A stretch of 64,000 nucleotides of DNA, taken from assembly GCA_965205025.1 (NCBI GenBank), contig CBDBFU010000020.1:64001-128000 (forward strand), given 5' to 3'. Source of the DNA: Candidatus Poribacteria bacterium. Lineage in GTDB: Bacteria > Poribacteria > WGA-4E > WGA-3G. Positions 61,916-64,000 of the stretch are shown in pieces. Within the stretch, counting starts at the first letter, position 1; each line of letters begins with the position of its first letter. The notes beneath the pieces were generated by a model. It searched no databases, had not been told where the DNA came from, and saw only the letters and a program-made list of their open reading frames with translations. The position numbers and the translations under genes were made by a program.

Positions 61916-63955
61916 ATGGAAAACAAAACCACTTCAACACCAGTACTTAGACCACATGACGACACAGATGTAACAACCTGGGAACTTCCCGATGGCGCAA
62001 TTGCTCGATTTGGACAAGGATTAGGCTTCGATGTAGAATTCTCACATGATACCAGATATCTTTCGGTTGCAACAAAAATCGGCTTTTGGCTATATGACAC
62101 TGAAACACTTGCTCCACGCGCATTATGGGGTACAGAACGCGGTATGATGAATGTCGCAACTTTTTCACATGATTCACGATGGATAGCCACAGGGGACCAA
62201 GACGGTATTCTTAAGGTATGGGATACACAAAACGGACAGTGTGTTACAAAAACAGACTGGGGAGGCACTGAGCGACGTAATGTCATCCTTCATGTCCACT
62301 TTTCACCGGACGATCAATATCTCGCAGCTTCCGGTTTCGGACATAGTGCTGTCTATGCATGGCACGAAGATCTCGGCGAACCTATAAGAAATTATAAACT
62401 TGAAAATCCAAATTTCAATGATTATAGGAAAGAAGGCGCTGCCTACGATAGATATTTTCCTATTGCTTTTTCACCCAACAGTAAACTATTTGCCTATGTG
62501 TCTTCACCGGAAACAGTGATAATCTCTAATATAAACACAGGTGAACACATAGCACACCTTACAGGACACACCGATCCCTTGCATACGCTTCTGTTTTCTC
62601 CTTGTGGACAATACCTTGCCAGTGCAAGTCTTGGGGTTACCGTACAAGTGTGGGATATTCAGAGTGAATCCCTTATTATGACACCTAAAAGCTATGAAGG
62701 AGACCGAGTAAGACTTGCGTATACACCTGATGAAACACTGCGAGTCGCAGACATCTATGATGATAAAATTATAATATGGGATGCTTCACAGCACAACGTG
62801 TTGGATACTTTCAACACGACGGGTACAAAAGCAGAGAACACAAGGTTTTCAAACGATGGAACGAAATTCGCTATTTCATGCTGGAACCACGAATTACAGA
62901 TATGGTATGAAGACACCTGTACCACAAAATCATTCTTTTCTGGTTATGGAAGTGTTCCTTATTCGGTGGCATTCTTACAAGATAACAAGACAATGGTCGG
63001 TGGTAACTGGGGGAGTACTGGCAAGATATTTTGGGACATTAAGAGCAGAACTGAAAAGTGTATACTTCCACCGAAAGCTAAGCGCAGCTCATTAAGACAA
63101 TGTATGGCACTGTCTCCAGATGATCAACTCTTGGCTATTGATACGGGAAATAATGATATACAAGTCTGGCATATTGAATCTGAAGAATTAGTTGCAGAAC
63201 TAACAGGACATGAAAACAACATCTATTCGTTGACGTTTTCTCCAACAGGGGAATACCTCGTCAGTGGAGGATTGAAAGACGAAATGTACGTTTGGGATGT
63301 TACACGTTGGAAAAAGCAACACACCCTTATAGGACATACAAGTTCAGTTGAAGCAATATCATTTCATCCTGATGCAAGACGGTTCGCCACCTCTTCCAGA
63401 GATGGAACCGCTTTGCTCTGGAATGTTGAAACCGGAGAACAAATCTCACCACTTCCTTTACCTGACACCTTAGAGGATGCCTCCTTATATAGAGGTGAAC
63501 CAGAGGAAATCGAACGAGTTATCAATGGTGGCAATCTCCATTGGAAGGATAATCAACACATGCAATCAATTGTTTTTTCACCTTGTGGAAATTGGATTGC
63601 GGGTGGACTCGGAACATGGTACGCAGCAGGGTTAATCAATGAAATCCGATTATGGGACACAGCTACATTAGAAACACGCATGATTCTCCTTCAACCTAAG
63701 GGATGTATTCGGCCCTGGGCATTAGCATTTTCTTCTTGTGGAAAGTATCTCGTTTCTGGTGCCTGGTGGAAATGGGGATTGGATAAGGCACCGATACATT
63801 TGTGGGAAATGTCAACTGGTGAATTACTCCACACTTTCTGGGGACATTCTTCGGATGTGCAAGATTTAGCTTTTTCGCCGGATGGTAAACTTTTGGCAAG
63901 CGGCAGTTTCGATGGCACCATCCTCCTCTGGAATATGACACCGTTTTTAAAATAG
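61916..63955 (+). CDS. WD40-repeat (double beta-propeller) protein
   Basis: AAGGAG RBS; WELPDGAIARFGQG, GH...FSP...WD repeats. Confidence 0.92.
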   Translation: MENKTTSTPVLRPHDDTDVTTWELPDGAIARFGQGLGFDVEFSHDTRYLSVATKIGFWLYDTETLAPRALWGTERGMMNVATFSHDSRWIATGDQDGILKVWDTQNGQCVTKTDWGGTERRNVILHVHFSPDDQYLAASGFGHSAVYAWHEDLGEPIRNYKLENPNFNDYRKEGAAYDRYFPIAFSPNSKLFAYVSSPETVIISNINTGEHIAHLTGHTDPLHTLLFSPCGQYLASASLGVTVQVWDIQSESLIMTPKSYEGDRVRLAYTPDETLRVADIYDDKIIIWDASQHNVLDTFNTTGTKAENTRFSNDGTKFAISCWNHELQIWYEDTCTTKSFFSGYGSVPYSVAFLQDNKTMVGGNWGSTGKIFWDIKSRTEKCILPPKAKRSSLRQCMALSPDDQLLAIDTGNNDIQVWHIESEELVAELTGHENNIYSLTFSPTGEYLVSGGLKDEMYVWDVTRWKKQHTLIGHTSSVEAISFHPDARRFATSSRDGTALLWNVETGEQISPLPLPDTLEDASLYRGEPEEIERVINGGNLHWKDNQHMQSIVFSPCGNWIAGGLGTWYAAGLINEIRLWDTATLETRMILLQPKGCIRPWALAFSSCGKYLVSGAWWKWGLDKAPIHLWEMSTGELLHTFWGHSSDVQDLAFSPDGKLLASGSFDGTILLWNMTPFLK

Positions 63956-64000
63956 TTTATGTATATCAGGTTAATCCAAAATTTTCTTTACTGTTCAAAC

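Overview
AT-rich bacterial chromosome segment, most likely Candidatus Poribacteria. This is inferred from the 16S rRNA with three mismatches to primer 27F, together with expanded PhyH, Gfo/Idh/MocA, WD40, LamG and cohesin/dockerin proteins. 1-33.5 kb is housekeeping and catabolic: iscS, a fused MNT-HEPN gene, three PhyH genes, hisZ-hisG-hisS with an unannotated His-rich leader peptide, two large surface proteins (cohesin+spondin and reeler-like+dockerin), two sialate O-acetylesterases, recD2, thrC, and a hidden GrdB/PrdB-like selenoprotein with an in-frame UGA and SECIS hairpin. 33.6-51 kb is an accessory island of three tandem, differentially decayed copies of one cassette, interrupted by REP-like repeats, MITEs and two IS630 elements. 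The cassette carries a conserved ECF-type promoter, an ECF sigma with two sigma4 domains, membrane-anchored proteins, and small secreted helical proteins with a conserved acidic GGC tail. It also carries an STT3/AglB-like oligosaccharyltransferase lacking the WWD motif, a polyprenol-phosphate GT2 and a methyltransferase. This is the best candidate for an undescribed system, probably dedicated protein glycosylation. 51-64 kb holds catabolic genes, a 16S rRNA + tRNA-Ile unit with no linked 23S, and a WD40 gene array. Several frameshifts are single-base homopolymer expansions and may be sequencing errors. All calls are by eye from motifs; no database searches were run.
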